Positions 21,437-30,968 of a stretch of 64,000 nucleotides of DNA are shown one piece after another (position 1 is the first letter of the stretch; each line of letters opens with the position of its first letter). A program made the position numbers and the translations under genes. Under the pieces are notes generated by a model. That model was not told the origin of the DNA. It saw only the letters and a program-made list of their open reading frames with translations, and did not search any database. Source of the DNA: an uncultured virus (IMG/VR IMGVR_UViG_3300025150_000005) (Duplodnaviria; Heunggongvirae; Uroviricota; Caudoviricetes); the IMG/VR virus record IMGVR_UViG_3300025150_000005; one strand, given 5' to 3'.

Positions 21437-22063
21437 CTACTGGACGTCGCGGGTGTTGAAGCCGTCGAGGTAGCAGCGGAACAGCTTCGCGCCGGTGTAG
21501 TTGTTGATCGCGTCGAGGAAGTTGTAGCCGGTCGTGATCGACGAGGGCTTCTTCTCCGTGACGCGGATCTGCTGGCGCTTGGCGATCGCGATGGGCAGCG
21601 GCAGGACGTAGATGGCCTTGGTCTGCGGCTCGCCGTTGGTGATGAGCACCTGGGCGGAGTCGGAGATGAAGCCCCACGGGCCACCACCGGCCGGGGTCAT
21701 GCTGACGGGGCCCTCGAACTCCGGCTTGTCGCCGACGACGAACTGGAAGGTCGAGAAGTTGATCGTGGTGATCGCGACCGTCGCCGTCGTCAGGGGCAGC
21801 ACGCTCGCGCCCGCTGAGGTGGTCACGCCACCCCAGAAGTTGATCTCGTGCCGCACCGCGAAGGTGAGGAACGTCTGATCGCCCGCGAGGAAGCCGGGGG
21901 TCGGCATGTTGGTGCGGATCGAGTTGCCGGGCTGCGCGTTGGCGAACAACTGCTTCTCGCTCGCCGCGAGATCGTTGCCCGACGTGACGGCGCCCACCAC
22001 GGCGAAGTCGGTGTCGTAGAAGAACTGCACGCGCTGCTGGCGCACGCCGAGGACTGCGGCCAT
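21437..22063 (-). CDS. putative major capsid protein (single jelly-roll type)
   Basis: 208 aa from ATG 22063 with AAGGAG SD; strongly biased codons; FYDT..LF..TNM..G.L and RCYLDG..R.VQ beta-rich pattern. Fold is inferred. Confidence 0.55.
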   Translation of the reverse strand: MAAVLGVRQQRVQFFYDTDFAVVGAVTSGNDLAASEKQLFANAQPGNSIRTNMPTPGFLAGDQTFLTFAVRHEINFWGGVTTSAGASVLPLTTATVAITTINFSTFQFVVGDKPEFEGPVSMTPAGGGPWGFISDSAQVLITNGEPQTKAIYVLPLPIAIAKRQQIRVTEKKPSSITTGYNFLDAINNYTGAKLFRCYLDGFNTRDVQ

Positions 22064-22224
22064 GATAGACACTCCTTCAGGTCTGGGGCACAGCCCCGTG
22101 CGGGGACCCGAGCAAAGCTCGGCGTCCGTTTCTGTTGTCGGGCTACGCCCTGCATCGAACCCCAGCGGTCACCCGCCGAGATCCGTTGCAGGACGGGGCG
22201 CCTTTGCGCCCCGCCCCAGTCGAC

Positions 22225-24894
22225 TCAGCTCGCCGTCGCCATGCCCGGGAGCGCCGAGGCGTCCCCGAACACGCTCTCGCCGAAGATCCCGGCGTAGCGC
22301 AGCACGTCCACGTCCGAGGGGCCGCTCGCGGTGTTGCGCGAGGGGGCCATCGGGACCGGGCTGTGCGACGCGATCGCCTTGGGCGACCCGCTCATCAGTG
22401 CCTTGCGGTTGACCGCCATGCAGACGGCGCCCGGCTGGTTGGGGCAGTTGCACCCACCCATCGTGATCCCCGACGCGGTGATCTTCCGCGCCAGGGTAGG
22501 AGTCACCTTGACGACCTTGGCGACCGACCGATTGGGCCCGCAGAAGCCGGCCATGCCGTTCGCGGCCAGCTCGGCGTCCGACATCTCGGCCGCCTCCGCC
22601 ATTGCCTCCACGTCGTCGCCGTCGAGCCCGGCGGGCGCGGCCCACACGGGATCACCGCCCTGCGGCCCACCGAAGCCGGCGGGCGCGGCCCACACGGGAT
22701 CACCGCCCTGCGGCCCACCGAAGCCGGCGGGCGCGGCCCACACAGGATCACCGCCCTGCGGCTGACCGTTGAAGCCCGCGGGCGCCGAGTAGGCGTCGGC
22801 CCCGCCGAGCCCGCTGTCGTCCTGCAGGTAGCGGCCGAGCCCGCTGTCGTCCTGCAGGTAGCGGCCGAGCCCGCTGTCGTCCTGCAGGTAGCGGCCGAGC
22901 CCGCTGTCGTCCTGCAGGTAGCGGCCGAAGGCAGCGTCGTAGACGTTGCCGAAGCCAGCCGCGCCGGGGAGCGCTGCGGGGGCCGTGCCCATGCGCAGCA
23001 GGCCACCGATCAGCGGCAGGTTGCCAAGCGCGTTGAGCAGGAGGCCCCGCGCGAGAACCGACGCGGCCATGCCGCCCGCGAGGCCCCAGCGCCAGTTCTG
23101 CGGGATCTGGCGCACCGGGCTGGGGGCCCAGAGCAGCAGACCGATGCCGGCCATGGGGAGCAGCTTGTCGCCCATGGGCAGCGGGATGTGCGTGCCTGCG
23201 GCTCCGGCGAAGTTGCCGAGGACGAAGCCACCGAGACCGCCGAGGCCGTAGGCCAGGAGATCACTGCCGCCGCGGTTCTCGCGGTAGGCGTCCATGTTGG
23301 CACGGGCCGCCTGCTCATCGACGATCGTCGACCCACCACGCTTGACGACGGCCCACGCGTCCTTGAGGTAGTTCTTGGGGCTCCCGCCCAGCCGCGCTGC
23401 CGTCGCGCGCGCCAGCTTCATCGCCTTCGCCGCGTTGCTGTTGCTCTTGCCGTACTTCGGCGGCGCGATGCCGGCCTGCTTCAGCAGGCGCCGCGTGCCC
23501 GTACCGTACTTCAGCGCGTTCTCAATGGTGGCGAGGCGCCGCTCGATGCGGTCCCGGGTCTGACGTCCGGCACGGACCTTCGTCGTCGACACCGTCGCTT
23601 CGCGCCCCTTGATGGCCCGTTCGAGCTGCGCCTTGGTGGCGTAGCCGAGCTTGACCATGCGCTTCAGCTCGGCGACGTCCTCGGCCGAGGCGGGCGCCCT
23701 GCCACCGGACTTGTGCGTGACGGTGCGAACCTTGGCCAACTGCTGCCGAAGATCGGCCTTGAGCTTCTCGACCGCGGCGCGATCCTTGTCGCTGTACGCG
23801 ATCGGCGCGCTGGCCCCGGTCAGCGACATCGGCTGCGGCACGATGACGATGTTGGGCTTGCCCTCGACCGCCGCCTTCAGGGTGGCGATGCGCTGAGCCG
23901 AGACGCGCTTGCCCTCCACCTGGAGCTTCTCCAGGTGCGCCAGACGCTTCTGGTACTGCGCGAGCTGCGACTTGGGCAGCGCGGCGGCGGGGTAGCCGCC
24001 CATCTGCTCCACGAAGCGCGCGGTGACGTTGGCGCGAGCCTTGCGCTTGCCACCCTTCCGGGAGCCATTCGCGCGGGGCGAGTCGCCGTTCGCGTGGCCA
24101 CCCTTGACCTGCGCCCAGGCGTTCTTCAGGTGATCGCGCGGGGCACCCCCGTGCGACGCCGCCATCGACTGGGCCAAACGCATCGCCTTCGCGGCGTTGG
24201 CCTGTGCGGGGGTACGTGCCATCCGACTGATCTCCTCGATGTCCGGGGGAAACGAATCAGGTCCCGCCGGGTTGGGTAGGGCAAGGGCCAACGCCCCCAC
24301 CCCAGGATTCGTGCGTGCCTCGGCGCCCTTGCGCTTGCGCACGCCACCGATCTGTGTCTTCTTGGACTTGGTGAGCCGGTCCAGCACGGACTGCGGCAGG
24401 ATCCCACGCTCGACGAGACGCCTCAGCGTGGCGAGGTCATCGACCTCGACCTTCTGGGTCTGCCGCACAACGACCTCGACCGGTGGCAATTCAGCTGCCC
24501 GATCCCAGATCGCCTCCACCCCGCCCCACTGTTCGAGCACTCGATCCGCAGCCTTCTCGGCTCGCTCCAACGCATCCTGCTGACGCAGGAACTCCGTGAT
24601 CGTCCCAACTTCCTGGACGCGATCCTGCCACGCCTTCTGAGCGTCCGCGTCGGACAGACCCTGCTCGATGGGAGGCCAGACTGCCTGCGCGTCCAGACCG
24701 ATCCGCTCGTACGAGGCCAGACCCCGCTCCTCCAGCGTGTCCATCAGCTTGCGCAGTCGACGCGCATCACCCGACGTGACGTTGTCACGCAGGACCCCAC
24801 GTGACACGCCGTTCGAGCGCATCTGACGCTCGTACATCGCCTGAGCGAGGTGTGAGTGGGTCGCGGGACTGTGAGTGGTGCGGCGAGGGGCCAC
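22225..24894 (-). CDS. basic, repeat-containing membrane/core protein
   Basis: Lys/Arg-rich; duplicated NAAKAMxLA...LKxAWxxVK module; hydrophobic TM segments; Gly-rich repeats. Confidence 0.7.
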   Translation of the reverse strand: MAPRRTTHSPATHSHLAQAMYERQMRSNGVSRGVLRDNVTSGDARRLRKLMDTLEERGLASYERIGLDAQAVWPPIEQGLSDADAQKAWQDRVQEVGTITEFLRQQDALERAEKAADRVLEQWGGVEAIWDRAAELPPVEVVVRQTQKVEVDDLATLRRLVERGILPQSVLDRLTKSKKTQIGGVRKRKGAEARTNPGVGALALALPNPAGPDSFPPDIEEISRMARTPAQANAAKAMRLAQSMAASHGGAPRDHLKNAWAQVKGGHANGDSPRANGSRKGGKRKARANVTARFVEQMGGYPAAALPKSQLAQYQKRLAHLEKLQVEGKRVSAQRIATLKAAVEGKPNIVIVPQPMSLTGASAPIAYSDKDRAAVEKLKADLRQQLAKVRTVTHKSGGRAPASAEDVAELKRMVKLGYATKAQLERAIKGREATVSTTKVRAGRQTRDRIERRLATIENALKYGTGTRRLLKQAGIAPPKYGKSNSNAAKAMKLARATAARLGGSPKNYLKDAWAVVKRGGSTIVDEQAARANMDAYRENRGGSDLLAYGLGGLGGFVLGNFAGAAGTHIPLPMGDKLLPMAGIGLLLWAPSPVRQIPQNWRWGLAGGMAASVLARGLLLNALGNLPLIGGLLRMGTAPAALPGAAGFGNVYDAAFGRYLQDDSGLGRYLQDDSGLGRYLQDDSGLGRYLQDDSGLGGADAYSAPAGFNGQPQGGDPVWAAPAGFGGPQGGDPVWAAPAGFGGPQGGDPVWAAPAGLDGDDVEAMAEAAEMSDAELAANGMAGFCGPNRSVAKVVKVTPTLARKITASGITMGGCNCPNQPGAVCMAVNRKALMSGSPKAIASHSPVPMAPSRNTASGPSDVDVLRYAGIFGESVFGDASALPGMATAS
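22628..22785. repeat. 48-bp tandem repeat x3 (APAGFGGPQGGDPVWA)
   Basis: Seen directly in the sequence. Confidence 0.9.
22804..22928. repeat. 30-bp perfect tandem repeat x4 (GLGRYLQDDS)
   Basis: Unit gccgagcccgctgtcgtcctgcaggtagcg. Confidence 0.95.
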
Positions 24895-25010
24895 GGGCGA
24901 AACTCCAGGCGAAACGTGATTCGTTGCGCTGGAGGCTCGCGGCCTCTCGAAAGGAACGTGGGCTCTAGGCCCGAGGGGGGTTCGACATAAGTTCTACATC
25001 GACAGCGTGG

Positions 25011-25040
25011 ACACTAGAGGAACACGAAATAGACCGTCAA
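25011..25040 (-). promoter_or_regulatory. sigma70-like promoter for the capsid-like operon
   Basis: Minus strand TTGACG-N18-TAGTGT in an AT-richer intergenic gap. Confidence 0.5.
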
Positions 25041-25070
25041 GAGGAAAAGATCAGGAAAAGCGCACGTGAC

Positions 25071-25316
25071 TCAAACAGGCACTGAGACGTAGGGCGCGAT
25101 CATGGGGACGTGACCGATCAGGAGCGTGTGGCACTTACCGCACACGATGGTGATCGTGCTCCCCGGCGACGCCTGACAGAGCAGCGTGTTGCACGTCACA
25201 GCGCCGTCGCGGACCACACGACGCCCGTTGCAGCGGATCTCGACGAGCCCGATCTGCTGGACCGTCCGCATCCGCTCCGCTGGTGCCGCTGTACCGATCA
25301 CGGTCTGCGTGCTCAT
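25071..25316 (-). CDS. Com-like Zn-ribbon regulator
   Basis: EIRC...CNTLL...ITIVCGKCHT resembles the phage Mu Com pattern. Confidence 0.55.
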   Translation of the reverse strand: MSTQTVIGTAAPAERMRTVQQIGLVEIRCNGRRVVRDGAVTCNTLLCQASPGSTITIVCGKCHTLLIGHVPMIAPYVSVPV

Positions 25317-25993
25317 CCGCCAATTCCCCGCCAACCCACATGGAGCGAGCCGCCCCGGATCACGATCACGTCCTGCAGGGGACGCCCGTGAAGGATCGTA
25401 TCAGCGAGCGCTTCGCCGGAACAGGCGAAGAGGGTCGTGCCGCCAGGGAGGGCCCACAGGTCCCAGCCCTTCGGTCGCAGCTCCAAGGTCCCTCGACCAA
25501 AGCCGACGTCGATCTTCGAGCCCAGGTACACGCCGAGCCACTGCGTCGCTTGCGGCCAGACCATCGCCACGCTGCGCCCGCCGTTGCCGTAGCGCGTGGC
25601 GACACTGCCTGATCCGTACACTGTCGGCAAGACGAAGCCGTCGTGCTTGTGGATGAAGTCCTTGACGACACCGACGACCCCATCTGGGTCCCCTGCGCGC
25701 TTGCCGGGGGCCCGGGTATGCGGGTCGTCCTTGTCGTTCTGGTACTTGACGTGGATGCCGGCGCCGATGGGCACCACGACCTGAGGCAGTAGCGTGTGCA
25801 GCTCATCGGGGAGCCGAACCACCTCTCGCAGCGGACGCGAGTGGAAGAGCATCAACTCCCGTTCGGCAGCACGGAGATCGGCGCGCAGGTTGGGCTCACG
25901 CTGTACAAACGCGACAAGGCGTGCGTCGGCGGGCTCGTCGAGGAGATCACCGCGAGCATCGACCAGGAAATTGGGGCGTGCCCTTCTGCGCAC
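25313..25993 (-). CDS. hypothetical protein
   Basis: ATGA coupling with the downstream gene; GAGG SD. Confidence 0.6.
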   Translation of the reverse strand: MRRRARPNFLVDARGDLLDEPADARLVAFVQREPNLRADLRAAERELMLFHSRPLREVVRLPDELHTLLPQVVVPIGAGIHVKYQNDKDDPHTRAPGKRAGDPDGVVGVVKDFIHKHDGFVLPTVYGSGSVATRYGNGGRSVAMVWPQATQWLGVYLGSKIDVGFGRGTLELRPKGWDLWALPGGTTLFACSGEALADTILHGRPLQDVIVIRGGSLHVGWRGIGG

Positions 25994-25997
25994 AGAT

Positions 25998-26519
25998 CTA
26001 CCTCGCCTCTTTGCCCGCGCCGAACCCGGTCACGAGAGTCGCGATCGCAGCGGTCCCGAGCAGCACCCACTTCGCCTTGGGGAGCAGGTAGCCCACCGCC
26101 ATCCCGAGCACGAATGCGCCGGCCGTGTGCAGGCCGACCCGATCCTTCAGCGTGCGCAACTCGGAGGAGTCCAGGACGGCCTTCGCCTCGGGCGGGAGGA
26201 ACTGCTGGACCGAGAGCGCACCGAACCCCGCAGGCTGGCGACTCTCGTACTGCGGGCGCCGAGAGGGCTGGACGATCCGACCCACCGCCTGGACGCCGGA
26301 ACCGATCCGCACCGCGCCTGCTGGTAGGACTGGAAGCACCGATTCGATGTCGACGCCGACGCCTTCACTGCTCCCGACGCCTGTGATCCCAAGCCCCCCG
26401 AGCTTGCCCCAACCCCCAAGACTCACCGTCCCGGGCAAGCGGAAGTAGTCGTAGCGGAGCTTGTCCCAGTCCCACTGCGACGCGATCACGGGCGGGAGCC
26501 CTGAAGCCATCATCTGCAC
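25998..26519 (-). CDS. membrane protein (2 C-terminal TM segments)
   Basis: AFVLGMAVGYLL and WVLLGTAAIATLV. Confidence 0.65.
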   Translation of the reverse strand: MQMMASGLPPVIASQWDWDKLRYDYFRLPGTVSLGGWGKLGGLGITGVGSSEGVGVDIESVLPVLPAGAVRIGSGVQAVGRIVQPSRRPQYESRQPAGFGALSVQQFLPPEAKAVLDSSELRTLKDRVGLHTAGAFVLGMAVGYLLPKAKWVLLGTAAIATLVTGFGAGKEAR

Positions 26520-26528
26520 GTGGGACCC

Positions 26529-27413
26529 CTACTTCGAGCGAATGCGAATCGGGCCGAGCCCGACATCTGCCGAGACTGCCGTGTGCTTGAAGAGCAGGTA
26601 AACACCGCCCACGAGGCCTGCGACGGCAAAGAGCGAGACGGTCTTTGCTGCCGTAGTGAGCCCACGCCACTCGTCACGCACGAGGTTCATGAAGCTGTAC
26701 TTCTCGGCGATCCGCGTATCGGCGCCGCGCTGATCTGCCAGAGACGCCTGCTGCGACTGTTCGATCGACGCCCTCTGTGCGGCGGCCTGCGCAGGCGTGA
26801 CACCCGACAGTGCCAGGAGACCCGGATCGTCCGGCCGGACGAGACCCGTCTGAATCAGCGCCGGTGCAGGAATCGCGACCTTGGACACGCCGTCCAGGTA
26901 CAGCCCGAAAATGCCCACAGTGCCCGCAACGCCGGGCTCGCGCGCCCACCCGTCAAGACGGAGCGACGCGCGCCGCTGCACCACAGCGTCGATGATCTGC
27001 TGCGCTGTGAGGATCCGATAGCCACGGATTCCGCACCCGGCCGGGCGAGGGATCTGCACGCACGGGTCGGTGACGTACAGGCTGGTCGCCGCGGTGAGTG
27101 ACTGCTGAAACCCGATCGCCTCGGCACCGAGCCCCGAGAAAGCCGGAGCACCCAGGGTGTTGTAGCCGTTGCTGTACGGATCGATTGCGTTTCGCGGTTC
27201 CGGGTAGGCGACGTTGAACGTGCGCGGATCCCAGAGGCCCAGGCCACCACGTCGAGGCGCTAGCTGACGTGCAGGCTGTGCTGTGGCCGACCCCCCACAA
27301 CCACAGCCGCCCAGCGACGGACGCAGGTGCTGAGGGAAGGGACGCCACGACGGCTCCCACAGGTGCCCTGGTCGCGGGAAGGCCCGAGCTGATCTGATAG
27401 CGCGCGTCGACAT
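26529..27413 (-). CDS. C-terminally anchored putative virion protein
   Basis: Start reassigned to ATG 27413 (GGAG SD); LGGCGCGG and GLG motifs; TM VSLFAVAGLVGGVYLLF. Confidence 0.6.
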   Translation of the reverse strand: MSTRAIRSARAFPRPGHLWEPSWRPFPQHLRPSLGGCGCGGSATAQPARQLAPRRGGLGLWDPRTFNVAYPEPRNAIDPYSNGYNTLGAPAFSGLGAEAIGFQQSLTAATSLYVTDPCVQIPRPAGCGIRGYRILTAQQIIDAVVQRRASLRLDGWAREPGVAGTVGIFGLYLDGVSKVAIPAPALIQTGLVRPDDPGLLALSGVTPAQAAAQRASIEQSQQASLADQRGADTRIAEKYSFMNLVRDEWRGLTTAAKTVSLFAVAGLVGGVYLLFKHTAVSADVGLGPIRIRSK

Positions 27414-27432
27414 CGTCCGTTCTCCGGGAGCT

Positions 27433-28200
27433 TCAGATCTGGGGCGACGGCGCGGGCTTCGCGGCGGGCTTGCGAGTCCCCCACCAGAGCAGACCACCCA
27501 CCGCGGCGAGGCCCAGTCCCCAACCCCACGCGGGGACACCCAGGATCGGCGTCGAGAGCAAACCGGGCTGCGCGCCGTAGGTGTCCATCCCGTAACTTGC
27601 GGGGGGGTTGTAGCCCGGTGTCCGCACGCGCGACCCCCGCGTCCGCTGCTGACCGCCCCTGAGGAGCACGTTGATGTTGGGCTGCAACGGCAGCGTGAAG
27701 TTGATGTTGCCTGCACCACCACCTGCACCACCACCTGCACCACCACCTGCACCACCACCTGCACCACCACCTGCACCACCACCGCTCTGCTGCGCCGGAT
27801 CCGCCGTGACGTTCGGCTTCGCCAGCTTCATGCACACGTAGGGCTTCTGGTAGCCCGAGTCCGTGCCCTTTTCCGAGAAGCTGTACACACCGAGCCGCTC
27901 TTTGGGCGACGCGTGGAAGATCGTCGTGCGATCGATCGTGTACCCAGGCGGGCAACGGAGGCCCCGGTGACAGGCTCCGGGCAACCCATGCCCACCAAGC
28001 TGGTTGTTGTTACCGCTGCAGCCGAAGTCCAACACGGGCTTCACGAGGTTGAAACAGGAGTACCTGTTCCCACCCGAGACGGCCGAGTTGAGCCCCACGT
28101 TGGCGCGTGAGTAGAAGTTGTCCTTCTGCTTGTTGCCGCCACCGCCCAGAATCGACGTCTTCTCGACGCGCCCCCCGCCAACCGGGCATGAAATCGCCAT
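27433..28200 (-). CDS. Cys-rich domain + Gly linker + C-terminal TM anchor
   Basis: Domain is paralogous to the C-terminus of the upstream gene; (GGGA)n linker. Confidence 0.7.
   Translation of the reverse strand: MAISCPVGGGRVEKTSILGGGGNKQKDNFYSRANVGLNSAVSGGNRYSCFNLVKPVLDFGCSGNNNQLGGHGLPGACHRGLRCPPGYTIDRTTIFHASPKERLGVYSFSEKGTDSGYQKPYVCMKLAKPNVTADPAQQSGGGAGGGAGGGAGGGAGGGAGGGAGNINFTLPLQPNINVLLRGGQQRTRGSRVRTPGYNPPASYGMDTYGAQPGLLSTPILGVPAWGWGLGLAAVGGLLWWGTRKPAAKPAPSPQI
27710..27784. repeat. 12-bp tandem repeat (~6 copies) encoding GGGA
   Basis: Unit acctgcaccacc. Confidence 0.9.
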
Positions 28201-30293
28201 CAGGTCTTCCTCCGAACGAGCGTGTAGGCGCTAACAGCAGCAACTGCACTACCGAGCGCAAGCCAGCCCCATGATGCCCGAGGTGTCGTGTTCAGTCTAG
28301 GGTTTGTCGAGATCGGTCTAGGGTTTGTCGAGATCGGTCTAGGGTTTGTCGAGATCGGTCTAGGGTTTGTCGAGATCGGTTGCGTCGTGAGCCGGCGAGT
28401 CGATGTCGTAGTGGGCTGTACAGCTCGCGCCTGCATCGCCTGAGTCGCGCTGGCGCCGAGGACCGGCCGACTCAACTGAGCGCAGAAATAGGGCTTCTGG
28501 TAGCCGCCGTCGGTCCCCTTCACCGAGTAGTCCTGCACGATCCGCAACCGCTCTTTGGGGCTTGCGTGGAAGATGTTGGTGCGCTCGATGACGAACCCGG
28601 GCGGGCACCGGAGCCCGCGGTGACACGCACCTGGACCTGCGGACGAGCGACCGGAGCAGCCGAAGTCCAACACGGGCCGCGCGAACTTCCAGCAAGACCG
28701 GCCACTGACACCGTCGCTGACGAACGCGTTGCCAGTGCGCTGGAGGAAGTCACGCTTCTGCGCGTTACCGTTGCCACCCAAGATCGACGTGGACTCCAGA
28801 CGCCCCGACCCGGGCGGGCACGCTGTTGGTGTACGAGTCGGACCCGATCCACTTGAGCAGCCCGGAATGACTCCAGTTACAGCGCAGACCGCCTGCTGAC
28901 CGACTGCGCCAGCTGCACCGCCCGCAGCTGCACCACCTGCGGTCCCCAGCACAGGCACAACGGACCCGGCTGTACCCGCGACCACACCGCTGATTGTTGC
29001 AGCAGCAGCCCCGCCAACATCAGAGCAGATGATCCCCGTGACGGTGTCGCTGGCGAAGTCCACGGCGGAGCACGCCCCCGCCTGAATCCCGCCCCAGATG
29101 TCATCGATGAACCCAGTGAGCCCTGCAGGCCCAGCCTGGATCTGCTGGCCAACGTGCGTCATCACAGTGAACGCAGTCGCAGCAGCTTCACGTGCGATCG
29201 CGTCCACGAGCGTGTCGTAAGGTGGATCGCCCGCAGCGAGGGCTGCTGCGTACCGTGCGCGGATGCGCTCTTCAGCCCCCGTGCGCAGCGCCCCGAACGC
29301 ACGGACGGCCTCGTCGAGCCAGTGCTCCGAAGCCACACCCGCTTCAGCAATCCAATCCAGGAACGCGACAGCGCGCTGTCGCGCGACCTGAAGTACCTGA
29401 TCGATGTGCACCTCGACGTCCTGGGGAACGCCCCCCAGACCAGACGTTGCGCTACGTACGTTGTCACGACCGCGCCTGGATCGTGCATTCAGGCGAAGCC
29501 GCTCCTGACGTGCAGCCTCGGCAGCGCACACCTGTCGACTGTGCTCAGCGTACGCAGCCTGAGCGCTCTCACTGTCGAGAGCACCAGACAGAGCGCTGGG
29601 GCCAGTGTCGGCCCGTTTCGCCAAGCGCGCCGTGCCGACCTGACCGATTCGCGTTGCAGCACCCGCCGGCACGCTCATCGCGACACCCGCCGCGCGCGTC
29701 ACCGACGGTGCATGCACCTGCACGGTGTCGGAGACCTCAATCTCACGAAGCGCCCGGTGAGCAGCCTGGGCCACGTGCTTCGGGACGGCGTCCACGAGAT
29801 CATCGAAGACTCCGTGCAGTCCAGACGGGACCACAGTGACGAGGCCCTCGTCAGTCGGAATGCGCCACGGATCCGCTGCGGTCTGTCCCGCGCGCGTGAT
29901 CCGAGTCAGCACAGTCGCGGCCAGCTCACGGGCCACCGCCTCGCGGAGCGCATTGATCGGTGTCACGCCTCGTCGGAGCAGGCGCCGAACGCCGTCCCGG
30001 ATGCGCACTGCAGCACCCTCGCGCAGATCTCCGAGTGCAGCCCCAACTGCGTTCACCCACTGATCCCGCGGGACCCAACTCAGCGCGCCGACGAACCGAG
30101 CCGTCGCCTGCCGTGCAACACCGAGGATTGCGACCTCCCCCATCTTCGACGAGGGCTGAATATCGTAGTCGGGTCGTGAGATCGCCATCGACGGGTGCGG
30201 AAGGATTGCACCCGCAGTCGATCCAGTGATCGGCTTGGGCCCATAAACGGGCAGTCCAGGGAGAATCGCAGGCAAGGTGGCCCAGAAACGCAT
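28200..30293 (-). CDS. multidomain C-terminally anchored protein
   Basis: Start ATG 30293 (GAGG SD); internal helical duplication; Cys-rich domain; TM followed by RRKT. Confidence 0.7.
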   Translation of the reverse strand: MRFWATLPAILPGLPVYGPKPITGSTAGAILPHPSMAISRPDYDIQPSSKMGEVAILGVARQATARFVGALSWVPRDQWVNAVGAALGDLREGAAVRIRDGVRRLLRRGVTPINALREAVARELAATVLTRITRAGQTAADPWRIPTDEGLVTVVPSGLHGVFDDLVDAVPKHVAQAAHRALREIEVSDTVQVHAPSVTRAAGVAMSVPAGAATRIGQVGTARLAKRADTGPSALSGALDSESAQAAYAEHSRQVCAAEAARQERLRLNARSRRGRDNVRSATSGLGGVPQDVEVHIDQVLQVARQRAVAFLDWIAEAGVASEHWLDEAVRAFGALRTGAEERIRARYAAALAAGDPPYDTLVDAIAREAAATAFTVMTHVGQQIQAGPAGLTGFIDDIWGGIQAGACSAVDFASDTVTGIICSDVGGAAAATISGVVAGTAGSVVPVLGTAGGAAAGGAAGAVGQQAVCAVTGVIPGCSSGSGPTRTPTACPPGSGRLESTSILGGNGNAQKRDFLQRTGNAFVSDGVSGRSCWKFARPVLDFGCSGRSSAGPGACHRGLRCPPGFVIERTNIFHASPKERLRIVQDYSVKGTDGGYQKPYFCAQLSRPVLGASATQAMQARAVQPTTTSTRRLTTQPISTNPRPISTNPRPISTNPRPISTNPRLNTTPRASWGWLALGSAVAAVSAYTLVRRKT
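28295..28379. repeat. 21-bp tandem repeat x4 encoding PISTNPR
   Basis: Unit gtctagggtttgtcgagatcg. Confidence 0.95.
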
Positions 30294-30303
30294 CGGCGTG
30301 ACC

Positions 30304-30945
30304 TCAGACCGGAAAAGCGCGGAAGTGTCGAACACGGCCAAGCATCTTGGGCGTGTCGGGCCCCGCGACCGGATCGAGCACGAGCCAACGACGACCGCGC
30401 TCATCGTACGCTCGGGCGAACACGTGCGTGTAGCGCTGCGACTCCGGCGCGTGCTGCTTGAACCCGACGATCGCGAACTCGACGGGGTTCCCGACTGACG
30501 CGGCCGCAGTCGCGGCACGAATCAGGACCGCCATGTCGTCGCAGTCCCCAGCGCGGCGCTCAATGACCAGCGCCGGGTGGTGGATCAGCTCTGTATTGGC
30601 CGGGTCGCGTGTGTACCGCATCTCACGACAGACCGCGTAGTAGATCGCAGCCAGCTCGGAGAGGTAGTCCTTCGGGAGGATGCGTCGGATCCGCTCTTCA
30701 GCCCACCGACGCACGACCGGATCGGACTGACCCGCAAACACCATCTTGCGCATCCCGTTGATGGAGTCGTCGACACCCCGATAGTTCCACTGGCGAAGCG
30801 CAGTGTACGGCGTGTTGGGAGCGGCCACATCGAGGGCCGACCCCAGCGCGGACGAACTCGGGATGTGGGTGCGGGGTTGTGAGTAGAGGTACAAACCGAT
30901 CCTCCAGACACGGAGGATAATAGAGAGCGGCGAACCACTACGCAA
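30304..30945 (-). CDS. transglutaminase-like cysteine protease
   Basis: Cys-His-Asp triad pattern GDCDD...HVF...LDP; RYTRDP motif. Start uncertain. Confidence 0.8.
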   Translation of the reverse strand: MRSGSPLSIILRVWRIGLYLYSQPRTHIPSSSALGSALDVAAPNTPYTALRQWNYRGVDDSINGMRKMVFAGQSDPVVRRWAEERIRRILPKDYLSELAAIYYAVCREMRYTRDPANTELIHHPALVIERRAGDCDDMAVLIRAATAAASVGNPVEFAIVGFKQHAPESQRYTHVFARAYDERGRRWLVLDPVAGPDTPKMLGRVRHFRAFPV

Positions 30946-30968
30946 CCAGCACGAGATCAGTCAGATCC

